64,000 bases of DNA from contig JBFMGU010000003.1 of the NCBI GenBank assembly GCA_040752415.1, forward strand, positions 1-64,000, given 5' to 3'. Below, piece after piece: positions 34,656 to 44,340 of this stretch. Position 1 is the stretch's first letter. The number at the start of each line of letters is the position of its first letter. The position numbers and the translations under genes were made by a program. The notes below the pieces were generated by a model. It was not told the origin of the DNA, did no database searches, and saw only the letters and a program-made list of their open reading frames with translations. The stretch comes from Myxococcota bacterium (GTDB lineage Bacteria; Myxococcota; JACRCW01).

Positions 34656-36242
34656 TCAGGCGGGCTCCACGTTGCGGGGGCCGGCGTGCGTGGTGAGGCC
34701 CCTGGGCCGGCGCAGCGACGTGGCTCCACGGAATGCCAGACGGCGCAGCAGTCGCAGGGCGGGGATGGGACCCTCGATCATGGTCTCCAGCTCGCGCACG
34801 ACGTTGAGGTTTCCCTTCTGCACCCCGGGTTGGAAGAGGACGCGTTTCTGCTCGGCGGGCTCCAGCAGCATGTCCAGCGCGGACCAACCCTCCGTCATGG
34901 GCAACGCCTCCATCTGCATCATGTTGAACCAGAGCCGGCCCAGCCCCGTCAGCGTGTGGCCGGGGCCGCCTGGCTCGATCAGTCCACGACGCCGCCAACT
35001 GTCGACGAGGGCCCGCCCCGCCAGGTTGTCCACCGTGTGCCGCGGCACGCGGAAGAGCAGCAGCCCAAACACCAACGCCCGACGACGGGCCTGGGGAGCC
35101 GCCAGTGGTTTCCACGCGCGGATGGGGAGTTTCTCCTCGGAGATCAGCCGCAGGTACTCCGGCAGGGACGCCACCTGGTGGTAGAGCGTCCCATCGACGA
35201 GGCCGTAGGAGGAGGGCCCCAGGGCGAGGATCTCATCCAGTCCGCTTTGTCCGCCGTAGTGGGTCTGGTTGAACGCGGTGAGGCGCGCGGGGTTCCGGTC
35301 AAACACGTCACCCGCGACGTGGTGGAAGCCCGCGGCAAGCAGCTGCGCTGTCGAGTCCACGCGCATGCGCAACAACGTGTCGCCCGCCGCCTGCGCCGCA
35401 CGCACGCCGGCTCGGATCATCTCGTAGTAACGCGTTCCTGGCGTGGCGACGTAGTGCAGCACGTCCAGCGACGTGGCACCCAGCTCCGTGGCCCGCGCAA
35501 GATCCGAGAGCAGCATCGGCCCATCCTGGCCGGGCAGACCCATCAGGAAGTCCATGTTGAGATCCTGGAAGCCCACGCGCGTGACCGCCTCCGCGCACGC
35601 CGCCACGTCTTCCGCGGTGTCCAGTCGGCCAAGCTGTACGCGCAGCGGCTGGTGGAAGGTCTGCACGCCGATGCTGATGCGCGTGACGCCCAGCGCCTGG
35701 AGGCCGCGCAGGTAGGGCTCGTGGCGGAGTTGATGGGACATGCCCTCGAACGTCACCTCCAGGCCACGACGGAGCGGGAGGTGTCGTGCGGCGGTGGTGA
35801 GGATGCGCTCCACCTGGTCCAAGGTGAGCATGCTGGGGGTCCCGCCGCCGACGTAGATGCAGTCGATCTCGCGCGCCCGCGCCGTGGCGGTGGTTCCCTG
35901 CAGCTCGATCTCACGACACAGCGCGCGGACAAACCGCTCGATGACGTCGGAGGATTGCTCCTTGGGATCCGTGGTCTTGTAGAGCATGCAGAAGTGGCAG
36001 AACGCGGGACAGAACGGCACGTGGAGGTAGAGCTGCCGGGTGCGCTGGCGGCCTCCGGGGCACGCGTCGAGGTAGCGCGCGGTGTCGGGGCGGAGCGCTG
36101 GCGCCCACTGCTCCGGGTGCGGCGCCGGTGACGACGGAAGAAGCTGGTGCACCGGGTACATCTTGATGATGGGTGGAAGGAGGGCGGGGAAGGGTCGGCC
36201 AGGTGGGCCGAACCACCCGCTCCAGAGCGCATCAAGCTGCAT
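34656..36242 (-). CDS. HemN-like (class C-type) radical SAM protein with N-terminal extension
   Basis: LYLHVPFCPAFCHFC (CxxxCxxC), IYVGGGTPSML and a HemN-like fold. Start ambiguous: MQLDALW at 36242 (11-nt overlap with the upstream P450 stop) or MYPVHQ at 36161. The listed ORF runs to 36380 through the P450 3' end. Confidence 0.6.
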   Translation of the reverse strand: MQLDALWSGWFGPPGRPFPALLPPIIKMYPVHQLLPSSPAPHPEQWAPALRPDTARYLDACPGGRQRTRQLYLHVPFCPAFCHFCMLYKTTDPKEQSSDVIERFVRALCREIELQGTTATARAREIDCIYVGGGTPSMLTLDQVERILTTAARHLPLRRGLEVTFEGMSHQLRHEPYLRGLQALGVTRISIGVQTFHQPLRVQLGRLDTAEDVAACAEAVTRVGFQDLNMDFLMGLPGQDGPMLLSDLARATELGATSLDVLHYVATPGTRYYEMIRAGVRAAQAAGDTLLRMRVDSTAQLLAAGFHHVAGDVFDRNPARLTAFNQTHYGGQSGLDEILALGPSSYGLVDGTLYHQVASLPEYLRLISEEKLPIRAWKPLAAPQARRRALVFGLLLFRVPRHTVDNLAGRALVDSWRRRGLIEPGGPGHTLTGLGRLWFNMMQMEALPMTEGWSALDMLLEPAEQKRVLFQPGVQKGNLNVVRELETMIEGPIPALRLLRRLAFRGATSLRRPRGLTTHAGPRNVEPA

Positions 36243-37566
36243 GGTGTCCCCCGTGGTGATGTGGGCAGTGCCTGATGGCCGGCCGTCGTCGAGGATGGAT
36301 GGCGGTGATTTCCACGCGCGTCCCGGTGGAGGGCGCCACCGTGACGCCACCCAGGCGCGCACGTGGTGTTGCGCGTTCAACGAGTCGGTAGTCCGCGGCG
36401 CGCAACAGGGAGGCCAGAAGAACCTTCATCTCGTGCAACGCGAGGTGCCACCCCACGCAGCGACGGACGCCACCGCCGAACGGCAGGAACTCGAAGGGCC
36501 CGAAGGTGCGATCCCCAAAGCGTTCCGGGTGGAATCCGTCGGGATCGCGGAAGACGTCGGGGAGGTGATGGGTCAGGTACAGGCACCCCACCACGGTGTC
36601 GCCGACGGGAATCTCGTAATCACCCACGCGGAAGGGACGCAGCGCCCTGCGCGGCACAAACGGCACCACCGACGCGCGTCGCAGCGCCTCCTGGCATACC
36701 TGCGCCAGGTACGGAAGGTCGACGACGTCACCAGGCGTCGCAGCATCACGAAGCTCCTCCTTCAGACGCAGGTGGACGTGGGGGTGGGCAAGCACCAGGT
36801 ACATGGCCCACGCCAGCGCCTTGCCCAGCGTTTCCTGGCCCGCCACCAGCAGCGACGTCACGTTCTCCAGCAACGCCTGCTCGTCGCCACCGCGAAGGTC
36901 GTCGAGAATGTCCGCAGGATCCACGGCGTCCCCTCGTCGCCGGAGCTCCCGGCGCAGCAGCTCGTGGACCCGCGCTCGTCGACGCAGGACGGGGTCCACC
37001 AGGACGCCCCGCTGCAACGCCGGCACGAACATGGTGACGCCCAGCGAGTTCGCGAAGTCGATGATCGCGGGAACCAGGCGCGCGGCGACGTCGTCAGGGC
37101 ATCGGCCCAGGAGTGCATGGACCACCACGCGCGTGGTCATTCGTTGGAGCGTGGGCAGCAGCGCCATCGGGACGCCCCGTTGCCACGTGGCCGACTCCTC
37201 GTCGACAACGCGCTGGATGACGTCGTTGATCTGCCCGGTGACCGCACCGCGCATGCACCCCTGCACACGTCGGTATTCCGCCAGGTAGGCAGCGCCGGAG
37301 AGCATGAACAAGGACCCGTTCCCGAACAGCCAGCGACCGGATTCCGCCGCGGCGGCAGCGCACAGCACGTCGTCGGGAGCGGTGAGGATTTCGCGCAGAT
37401 GCTCGGGTCGTGAGAACACCACCCAACGCATCCCGGCCATGCGTGGCAACGTGAATGAAGCGCCATACCGCTGAGCGGTGAGACGCAGGAACCCGAAGGG
37501 GTCATGCGCCCAGTGCAGCAACGTGGGAAGCAGGTGCCGCGGACCAGGCGGCAATGACGACGACAT
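36232..37566 (-). CDS. cytochrome P450 monooxygenase
   Basis: Heme-binding loop FGGGVRRCVGWHLALHEM (FxxGxRxCxG). AGQETLGKA is an I-helix-like oxygen-binding motif (AGxET). EALRR is the K-helix ExxR. 444 aa. Confidence 0.8.
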   Translation of the reverse strand: MSSSLPPGPRHLLPTLLHWAHDPFGFLRLTAQRYGASFTLPRMAGMRWVVFSRPEHLREILTAPDDVLCAAAAAESGRWLFGNGSLFMLSGAAYLAEYRRVQGCMRGAVTGQINDVIQRVVDEESATWQRGVPMALLPTLQRMTTRVVVHALLGRCPDDVAARLVPAIIDFANSLGVTMFVPALQRGVLVDPVLRRRARVHELLRRELRRRGDAVDPADILDDLRGGDEQALLENVTSLLVAGQETLGKALAWAMYLVLAHPHVHLRLKEELRDAATPGDVVDLPYLAQVCQEALRRASVVPFVPRRALRPFRVGDYEIPVGDTVVGCLYLTHHLPDVFRDPDGFHPERFGDRTFGPFEFLPFGGGVRRCVGWHLALHEMKVLLASLLRAADYRLVERATPRARLGGVTVAPSTGTRVEITAIHPRRRPAIRHCPHHHGGHHAA

Positions 37567-37730
37567 GGGTTTCCTCCCGCAGTGTCACGGGAGCGGTCCC
37601 AAGCAACGGGGATACCAAGCGCGCGCCGCCTCATTCGGGGGAGGCTGAGGCAATGCGCGGCCTGATCATGCAAGAGTTGCCCGGCTGGATGTTGCCCAGT
37701 TGAGCAAGCGTTGCTTCGTGTCGTCGGGAG

Positions 37731-38798
37731 TCAGTAGGGAAGGTCGCCGACGCCGAGGATGCGTGTGAAGGGCGGGGCGCTACCCACGTCCTGCAAACGC
37801 CCCACCACGCTGGCCTTCTGGCCCAACGTGCCCAGGACGTCGACGGCGCGCTGGGCGTCTTCCTGCCTCACCACCGCCACCATCCCCAGGCCCATGTTGA
37901 AGGTGCGGTACATCTCGTCGGGGGAGACGTTGCCACCGTCGGCGAGCACCTTGAAGAGCGGCGGGGTGGGCCAGGTGGCGGGATCGAGGATGGGGGCGAG
38001 TCCCTTGGGCAGAACGCGCGGGAGATTCCCCGGCAGTCCCGAGCCGGTGATGTGACTCAGCGCGCGGACCTCGAGCTCCTTGCACAGCGTCGTGACGGCG
38101 CGGGTGTAGAGCGCGGTGGGGGTGAGCAGGGCGTTGGCGGCGGTGGTTCCGTCGGGCAGCAGGGGGTCGTGAACGGAGCGGCCCATGCGCTCGAAGATGA
38201 TCTTCCGTGCCAGGCTGAGGCCGTTGCTGTGGATTCCCGTCGAGAGCATGCCCACCAGCGCGTCGCCGGCGCGGACCTTGCTGCCATCAATGAGCTGGCT
38301 TCGCTCCACCACGCCCACGGCGAAACCGGCAAGATCGTATTCTCCCTCGTCGTAGAGGCCGGGCATCTCCGCGGTCTCCCCGCCCACCAGGGCAATCTGC
38401 GCTTCCTCGCAGGCGCGGGCGATGCCGGTGATGACGGACTGCGCCTGGCCCACCTCCAGCTTTCCGCACGCGAAGTAGTCGAGGAAGAAGAGGGGCAGGG
38501 CGCCGGTGGTGAGGACGTCATTGACGCACATGGCGACGAGGTCCTGGCCCACGGTGTCATGCTTGTTGGCCATGAAGGCCACCTTGAGCTTGGTACCCAC
38601 GCCGTCGGTGCCGCTGACGAGGACTGGGTCGGTGAACTTGCCCGCGGCCATGAGCTGGAAGAGGGAAGCGAAACCGCCGACGCCGGCCATGACGCCGGGA
38701 CGGTGCGTGCGCTTGGCTGCCTCGGAGATGGCGTCGACCAGGCGGTCCCCGGCCTCCGCGTCGACACCGGCATCACGATACGTCAGCGAGCGCGTCAT
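37731..38798 (-). CDS. purM: phosphoribosylformylglycinamidine cyclo-ligase (AIR synthetase)
   Basis: MTRSLTYRDAGVDAEAGDRLVD... is the typical PurM N-terminus. GGFASLF and DVLTTGA motifs. Start chosen 5 codons inside the listed ORF. Confidence 0.9.
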   Translation of the reverse strand: MTRSLTYRDAGVDAEAGDRLVDAISEAAKRTHRPGVMAGVGGFASLFQLMAAGKFTDPVLVSGTDGVGTKLKVAFMANKHDTVGQDLVAMCVNDVLTTGALPLFFLDYFACGKLEVGQAQSVITGIARACEEAQIALVGGETAEMPGLYDEGEYDLAGFAVGVVERSQLIDGSKVRAGDALVGMLSTGIHSNGLSLARKIIFERMGRSVHDPLLPDGTTAANALLTPTALYTRAVTTLCKELEVRALSHITGSGLPGNLPRVLPKGLAPILDPATWPTPPLFKVLADGGNVSPDEMYRTFNMGLGMVAVVRQEDAQRAVDVLGTLGQKASVVGRLQDVGSAPPFTRILGVGDLPY

Positions 38799-38904
38799 GC
38801 AGTCACCCTTCACGTCAAGGAGCCTTGCTGCGGTGTATCAGTTCGAGGGACGTTGTCCATAGCGGCACCGAGGACGCCCCCTGGGGTGGTATTGGCGTGA
38901 CGTC

Positions 38905-39453
38905 GTGGCGCGCGAGGCGTGGCAAGGTCGGGAGGAAGGGATGAACGCTGACCGGGATGAAGACTTCGAGGACGGCCCTGACGCGGATCGCGCGGCTGCG
39001 GGCTCGAGGACATTGAAATCCATCCGGCTGCCAACGCACCTGGTGCAGGCGGCGGAACGGCAGGCGAAGCACCTGGGGATCGGGTTTGGTGACGTCGTGG
39101 GGGATGCATTGGCGTCGTGGCTGGGCCACCCGCGAGAGCCCCGGACCATGTTGCTGGCCGAGCTTGCCTCATTGCTGCGGACCGCCTTCTACGACGAGTG
39201 TCCGCCCGACGTGGTGCGCCGCCTCTACCTGGAGATCCAGAACACGCCGCAGTTGTGGGATCTCTATACGGCGGCGATCTCGGAACGCGGGCGTCCCGAT
39301 GAGAAACGACGAGAGTCGCTGCACATCGCGATTGGGCGGATGGTGCCCAGGGTCCTCGAGGCCTTCCCGGATGGGCGCGTCGCCACGGCGGAGGAGACCG
39401 AGCTCATCCGAGGTTATCCCCTTCTGTTTCGCACCCGTGTCAACAAGGTGTAA
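38905..39453 (+). CDS. hypothetical protein
   Basis: 182 aa, acidic N-terminus. No family recognised. Its TAA stop lies inside the palindromic core of repeat copy C. Confidence 0.3.
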   Translation: MAREAWQGREEGMNADRDEDFEDGPDADRAAAGSRTLKSIRLPTHLVQAAERQAKHLGIGFGDVVGDALASWLGHPREPRTMLLAELASLLRTAFYDECPPDVVRRLYLEIQNTPQLWDLYTAAISERGRPDEKRRESLHIAIGRMVPRVLEAFPDGRVATAEETELIRGYPLLFRTRVNKV

Positions 39454-39600
39454 TACACCTCGAACACAACTTGACATGCCTGCCGGAGGGGGCCCCCCGC
39501 GCCCGCCGGCTCTTCCGCGCTCCCCGCGGACACGCCCTCCCAACCCAACCCACGCATTGCGCTGCGCCGACGTTGCACGGTCAAGCACCCAAGGGGACGT
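39441..39600 (+). repeat. dispersed repeat, copy C (core GGTGTAATACACC; CCCTCCCAACCCAACCCACGCATTGCGCTGCGCCG block)
   Basis: Shares the palindromic core, the TTGACATGCC segment, GGGGGCCCCCC, and the CCCTCCCAACCCAACCCACGCA..GCGCTGCGCCG block with copies A/B at 26.96-27.39 kb. Located in the 5' leader of the pyrC-pyrB fusion gene. Confidence 0.6.
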
Positions 39601-39692
39601 GGAAGTCGTCACGTACAGACTTCCGGACAAACGGAGTGGTCACAGCAGGCATTGTCGCGCGGAACATGATCCGGGTAACAAGCGCGCCGCCC

Positions 39693-41756
39693 ATGGCCAC
39701 CCTCCGACTCCCTGGACTGATCGATCCCCACGTTCATCTCCGTGATCCCGGCGCCACCCACAAGGAGGACTGGGACACCGGCACCGCGGCCGCGTTGGCA
39801 GGCGGATTCACGTGTGTGCTGGAGATGCCCAACACGACGCCACCCGTGACGGACGCGGCGTCGTTGTTGCTGAAGCAGCAGGCGGCGCGAGCGCGCGCGC
39901 GATGCGACTACGGCCTGTACCTCGGCGCCGGCGAGTCGAACGTCGACGACGCTGCGTCACTGGCACCGCAGGTTGCGGGGTTGAAGTGCTACATGGACAC
40001 CACGTTCGGTCCATTGAAGATCGACGGGTTGGCGGCGCTGATGGCACACGCGGCGCGCTGGCCGGCGGATCGTCCGCTGGCGTGTCACGCCGAGGGGCGC
40101 AACGTGGCGACGGCGATCCTGGTGGCGCACCTGACGGGTCGCGCGGTGCACATCTGTCACGTGGCGACGAAGGAGGAGATCGAGCTGATCCGTGCGGCCA
40201 AGAACAAGGGCCTGAAGGTGACGTGCGAGGTTGCGCCACATCACCTGTTCCTGACCGCTGACGACGTCAAGGGAATGGGTGGTCGCGGTACGGTGCGCAC
40301 GCCTCTGGCCACGGCGGCGGATCGCCAGGCGTTGCGCAACAACCTGGACATCGTCGATTGTTTCGCCACGGACCACGCGCCGCACACGCTCGAGGAGAAG
40401 GACTCCGAGAAGCCGCCGCCCGGATTCCCCGGTCTGGAGACGGCGCTGCCGCTGTACCTGGCGCTGGTGCGGGAGAAGGTGTTGACGCTGGAGGACCTGG
40501 TCCAGAAGTGCGTCGACAATCCGCGCCGGATCTTCAACATCCCCGCGCAGCCGGAGACGTGGGTGGAGGTGGATCCGGACTCGGAGTGGGAGGCGCGTGG
40601 CAAGGACATGTTCACGCGCGCCAAGTGGACGCCTTTCGAGGGATGGAAGATGCGTGGCCGCATCACGCGCGTGGTGCTGCGCGGCAAGACCGCCTTCCAC
40701 GACGGAAAAGTGCTGGCGCCGCCAGGCAGCGGGCTGGACCTGATCCGTGAGGGCATCCCGGCGCAGCCCACGGAGCAGCTCCAGCGCTCCACGCGGTTCA
40801 CCGCGCCGATGGCGTCGTCGCCAGGCGGCTCGCGGTTCCACAACCAGCACATCCTGTCCATCTCCCAGTTCACACGCTCCGACCTTCAGGACATCTGTGC
40901 CGTGGCCGAGCAGATGCGCACCATGGTGGAGCTGGTGGGCACGTTTGATCTGCTCAAGGGCAAGGTCCTGGCGTGTCTGTTCTACGCGCCGTCGACACGA
41001 ACGTCGTCGTCATTCATCGCGGCGATTGAGCGCCTGGGCGGCTCGGCCATTCCCATCAGCGGCGTGCAGTTCTCGTCGGTGGCCAAGGGAGAGTCGCTCC
41101 CGGACACGGTGCGCACGCTGGAAGCCTACGCCGACGTCATCGTCCTGCGACACTCCGAGACCGGCGCGGCGGCCACGGCGGCACGGTACGTCAAGAAGCC
41201 CATCATCAACGCAGGCGACGGCGTGGGCGAGCACCCAACGCAGGCATTGCTGGACCTGTTCACCATTCGCGAGGAGCTCGGCCGCGTCGACGGGCTCACG
41301 GTGACCATGCTGGGCGACCTGAAGTACGGCCGCACCGTGCATTCCCTGGCGCGCCTGCTCTCCCTCTACGACGTGAAGCTCAACTACGTCTCACCGGAAA
41401 TCCTGAAGATGCCGCCGTCCATCGTCGAGGAGCTGAAGGCGAAGGGCGTGCCGCAGCGGGAGTTCAACTCGCTGGACCCGGTGCTGGCGGAGACCGACGT
41501 GCTCTACGTGACGCGCGTCCAGAAGGAGCACTTCACGGACATGAAGGAGTACGAGTCCGTGCAGGGTTCGTACTCGATCACGTCGGAGACCATGCTGCGG
41601 GCCAAGCCGCGGATGGTGTTGATGCACCCGTTGCCGCGCGTGGGGGAAATCTCCATGGAAGTGGATAACGACCCGCGCGCTGCGTACTTCCGCCAGATGA
41701 ACTACGGCCTCTACGTCCGCATGGCGCTGCTGGCCATGGTGTTGGGGAAAGCATGA
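39693..41756 (+). CDS. pyrB: fused dihydroorotase-like / aspartate carbamoyltransferase (PyrC-PyrB single polypeptide)
   Basis: N-terminal [20 protein letters not shown]...DHAPH is the amidohydrolase/DHOase metal-binding signature. From about residue 380 the sequence reads as ATCase: [12 protein letters not shown] (STRTR carbamoyl-P site), [15 protein letters not shown] (HPTQ), [15 protein letters not shown]. No stop between the two halves. The listed ORF from 39471 has a non-homologous 5' extension; an alternative start is MIRV at 39666. Confidence 0.75.
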   Translation: MATLRLPGLIDPHVHLRDPGATHKEDWDTGTAAALAGGFTCVLEMPNTTPPVTDAASLLLKQQAARARARCDYGLYLGAGESNVDDAASLAPQVAGLKCYMDTTFGPLKIDGLAALMAHAARWPADRPLACHAEGRNVATAILVAHLTGRAVHICHVATKEEIELIRAAKNKGLKVTCEVAPHHLFLTADDVKGMGGRGTVRTPLATAADRQALRNNLDIVDCFATDHAPHTLEEKDSEKPPPGFPGLETALPLYLALVREKVLTLEDLVQKCVDNPRRIFNIPAQPETWVEVDPDSEWEARGKDMFTRAKWTPFEGWKMRGRITRVVLRGKTAFHDGKVLAPPGSGLDLIREGIPAQPTEQLQRSTRFTAPMASSPGGSRFHNQHILSISQFTRSDLQDICAVAEQMRTMVELVGTFDLLKGKVLACLFYAPSTRTSSSFIAAIERLGGSAIPISGVQFSSVAKGESLPDTVRTLEAYADVIVLRHSETGAAATAARYVKKPIINAGDGVGEHPTQALLDLFTIREELGRVDGLTVTMLGDLKYGRTVHSLARLLSLYDVKLNYVSPEILKMPPSIVEELKAKGVPQREFNSLDPVLAETDVLYVTRVQKEHFTDMKEYESVQGSYSITSETMLRAKPRMVLMHPLPRVGEISMEVDNDPRAAYFRQMNYGLYVRMALLAMVLGKA

Positions 41757-43129
41757 GCTTCTTTGGTCTGCTGGAGGAGCGGGCACGCAAGACGTCGTCG
41801 CTGCTGTGTGTGGGACTGGATCCCGCGACGGAAAACGTGGATGGCATCCGCGACGCCTGCTTCCGCATCATCGACGCCACGGCGGAGCATGCCTGCGCGT
41901 TCAAGCCGAACAGTGCGTTCTTCGAGGCGCACGGCGCGAAGGGATGGGCGGCGCTCAAGGAGGTGATTGCGCACGTTCCCCAGGGCATTCCCGTCATTCT
42001 CGACGTCAAACGCGGTGATATCGGCGACACCAACGACGCCTACGCGCGCGCGTGCTTCGACGAGCTGGGCGCTCACGCCATCACCGCGAGCCCGTATCTC
42101 GGCGGGGAAGCGCTTTCACCGCTGCTCAAGCGTTCGGACCGCGGCGTGTTCCTGCTGTGTCGCACGTCGAACCCGGGCGCGGAGGAGCTGCAAGGGCTCA
42201 CCGTCGGTGGGCAGGCGCTGTTCGAGGTGGTGGCGGGGAAGGCGCAGCAGTGGAACCGCAACGGGAACGTGGGCCTCGTCGCGGGCGCGACGGATCCGGA
42301 TGCGCTGGCGCGCGTGCGAGCCGCGGCGCCCGACCTGTGGCTGCTGGTTCCCGGCGTGGGAGCACAGGGCGGTGACCTGGAGGCGTCGGTGCGCGCGGGC
42401 CTGCGTGGCGACGGGCTGGGCATGCTCATCAACGTGTCCCGCGGCATCTCCCGGGCGCAGGACCCCGGCGCGGAGGCGCGCAAGCTCAAGGAGTCCATTC
42501 GCGCTGCCGCCGAGAAGCGCGGTGTGACGACGAGGGCCAAGCACCCCGGTCTCGCGCAGGCGCTGGCGCAGGCGGGTTGTGTGCGCTTCGGAAAGTTCAC
42601 GCTGAAGTCGGGGAAGAGCTCGCCCATCTACATGGACCTGCGACAGCTCGTGAGCTTCCCCGTCGTGCTGCGTCGGGCGGCGCAGGCGTACGCGGGCATC
42701 CTGGCCACGCTGAAGTTTGATCGCGTCGCCGGCATTCCCTACGCCGCGCTGCCCATCGCCACCGCGATTGGTCTCGAGACGGGGCTGCCGGTCATCTATC
42801 CCCGTCGCGAGGTGAAGGAGTACGGGACCAAGGCCGCCATCGAGGGCGTGTTCAAGCCAGGTGAAACCGCAGTCATGATCGACGACCTGGCCACGACGGG
42901 CGACACCAAGATCGAAGCGATCAAGAAGCTGGAGGAGCAGGACCTCGTCGTGAAGGACATTGTGGTGCTGATCGAGCGAGGGCAGGGCGCCACCGAGATG
43001 CTGGCCAAGGCCGGTTACCGCATGCACGCCGTCATCACACTGCGCGAGATCCTCGAGGACCTCCGTCAGACCAACGCCATCACCGTCGAGCAATACCGCG
43101 AGGTCATGGACTTCCTCGCCGCTGGCTGA
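41753..43129 (+). CDS. pyrF: fused orotidine-5'-phosphate decarboxylase / orotate phosphoribosyltransferase (PyrF-PyrE)
   Basis: The N-terminal half is type-2 OMP decarboxylase ([24 protein letters not shown]). The C-terminal half is OPRTase ([32 protein letters not shown] as the PRPP-binding motif). Contiguous 458-aa ORF, ATGA-coupled to the upstream gene. Confidence 0.8.
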   Translation: MSFFGLLEERARKTSSLLCVGLDPATENVDGIRDACFRIIDATAEHACAFKPNSAFFEAHGAKGWAALKEVIAHVPQGIPVILDVKRGDIGDTNDAYARACFDELGAHAITASPYLGGEALSPLLKRSDRGVFLLCRTSNPGAEELQGLTVGGQALFEVVAGKAQQWNRNGNVGLVAGATDPDALARVRAAAPDLWLLVPGVGAQGGDLEASVRAGLRGDGLGMLINVSRGISRAQDPGAEARKLKESIRAAAEKRGVTTRAKHPGLAQALAQAGCVRFGKFTLKSGKSSPIYMDLRQLVSFPVVLRRAAQAYAGILATLKFDRVAGIPYAALPIATAIGLETGLPVIYPRREVKEYGTKAAIEGVFKPGETAVMIDDLATTGDTKIEAIKKLEEQDLVVKDIVVLIERGQGATEMLAKAGYRMHAVITLREILEDLRQTNAITVEQYREVMDFLAAG

Positions 43130-44208
43130 TGTACCCGCTGATCAAGCCCCTGCTGTTCCGGATGGACCCGGAGCGCGCGCATGAGCGCACCGTGGCCGCC
43201 CTGCAGCGAGTCGGCCATTCCGCCGCGGCGTTGGCCGCCATGCGGGCCATGTATGTCGTCGAGGATCCGCGGTTGCGCGTGAGCGTGGCGGGCCTGGAGA
43301 TGCGCAACCCGGTGGGCCTTGCCGCGGGCTACGACAAGAACGGCGTGGCGGTTCCCGCGTTGGCTGCGTTGGGCTTCGGTCACGTCGAGGTGGGGACGGT
43401 CACGCGCGTGGGGCAGCCCGGCAATCCGCGGCCGCGTGTGCACCGCATCCCGGAAGCGCGCGCAGTGATCAACGCCATGGGCTTTCCCAACGGCGGCGCC
43501 GACGTGATGCACGTGCAGAAGGTCCCCGGCGTACCGGTGGGCATCAACGTGGGGAAGAACAAGGACACGCCGCTGGAGCACGCCGCGGAGGAGTACAGCG
43601 GGCTGTTGCAGAAGGTGCATCCGCAGGCGGATTACCTCGTCGTCAACGTGAGCAGTCCCAACACGCCCGGGCTGCGGCAGCTGCAGACGCGCGCGTTTGT
43701 CGAGGGGTTGGTGCAATCGGTGACGACGGCGGTGAAGTCGCTGACGCCGAAGAAGCCGCTGTTCATCAAGATCTCGCCGGACATGGAAGACGCGGACCTC
43801 GATCACCTGCTGGAGACACTGCTCGCCCACGGGGTTGACGGCGTCATTGCCACCAACACCACGCTCTCCCGCGCGGGTGTCACCGGGTTTGACGACGTGG
43901 CCGGCGGTCTGAGCGGCGCACCGCTGCGAGCGCGCTCCACGGCGGTGATCCGGCGCGTGTATGAGCGGACGCAGGGGCGGTTGCCGATCATCGGCGTGGG
44001 CGGGATCGCCAGCGCGGAGGATGCGCTCGAGAAGCTGCGGGCAGGCGCGTCGGTGGTGCAGGTGTACACGGGTCTTGTCTACGAGGGGCCGGGCCTGGTG
44101 CGACGGATCCTGGAGGGCCTGATCCGCGCATGTGAACGGGAAGCGGTGGCGGATCTCCCGGCGCTGGTCGCGCGCATCCGGTCCGCGCCGCAGGCCCCAA
44201 GCGGTTGA
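43129..44208 (+). CDS. pyrD: dihydroorotate dehydrogenase (quinone), class 2
   Basis: [19 protein letters not shown] is the class-2 N-terminal helix. GLAAGYDKNG, NAMGFPNGG, NVSSPNTPGLRQLQ motifs. 359 aa. Confidence 0.85.
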   Translation: MYPLIKPLLFRMDPERAHERTVAALQRVGHSAAALAAMRAMYVVEDPRLRVSVAGLEMRNPVGLAAGYDKNGVAVPALAALGFGHVEVGTVTRVGQPGNPRPRVHRIPEARAVINAMGFPNGGADVMHVQKVPGVPVGINVGKNKDTPLEHAAEEYSGLLQKVHPQADYLVVNVSSPNTPGLRQLQTRAFVEGLVQSVTTAVKSLTPKKPLFIKISPDMEDADLDHLLETLLAHGVDGVIATNTTLSRAGVTGFDDVAGGLSGAPLRARSTAVIRRVYERTQGRLPIIGVGGIASAEDALEKLRAGASVVQVYTGLVYEGPGLVRRILEGLIRACEREAVADLPALVARIRSAPQAPSG

Positions 44209-44340
44209 CCTCCCAACGGTTTCTCGACGTGCGCAGACCTTGCCGTGAGCAGGTGCAACGTCGATGTCGGCTGGCTATCTCGCGTGCCCACGCGCGGGGT
44301 CTTGTTCCCGTTCATGGCATAGGTTAGGTGCCCAGCCCTC

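Noticed and set aside
39471-39692. N-terminal extension of the pyrC-pyrB ORF (listed start 39471)
   Set aside because: The extension translates repeat copy C (Pro/Arg/Ala-rich, non-homologous). A DHOase-like N-terminus begins at [15 protein letters not shown].
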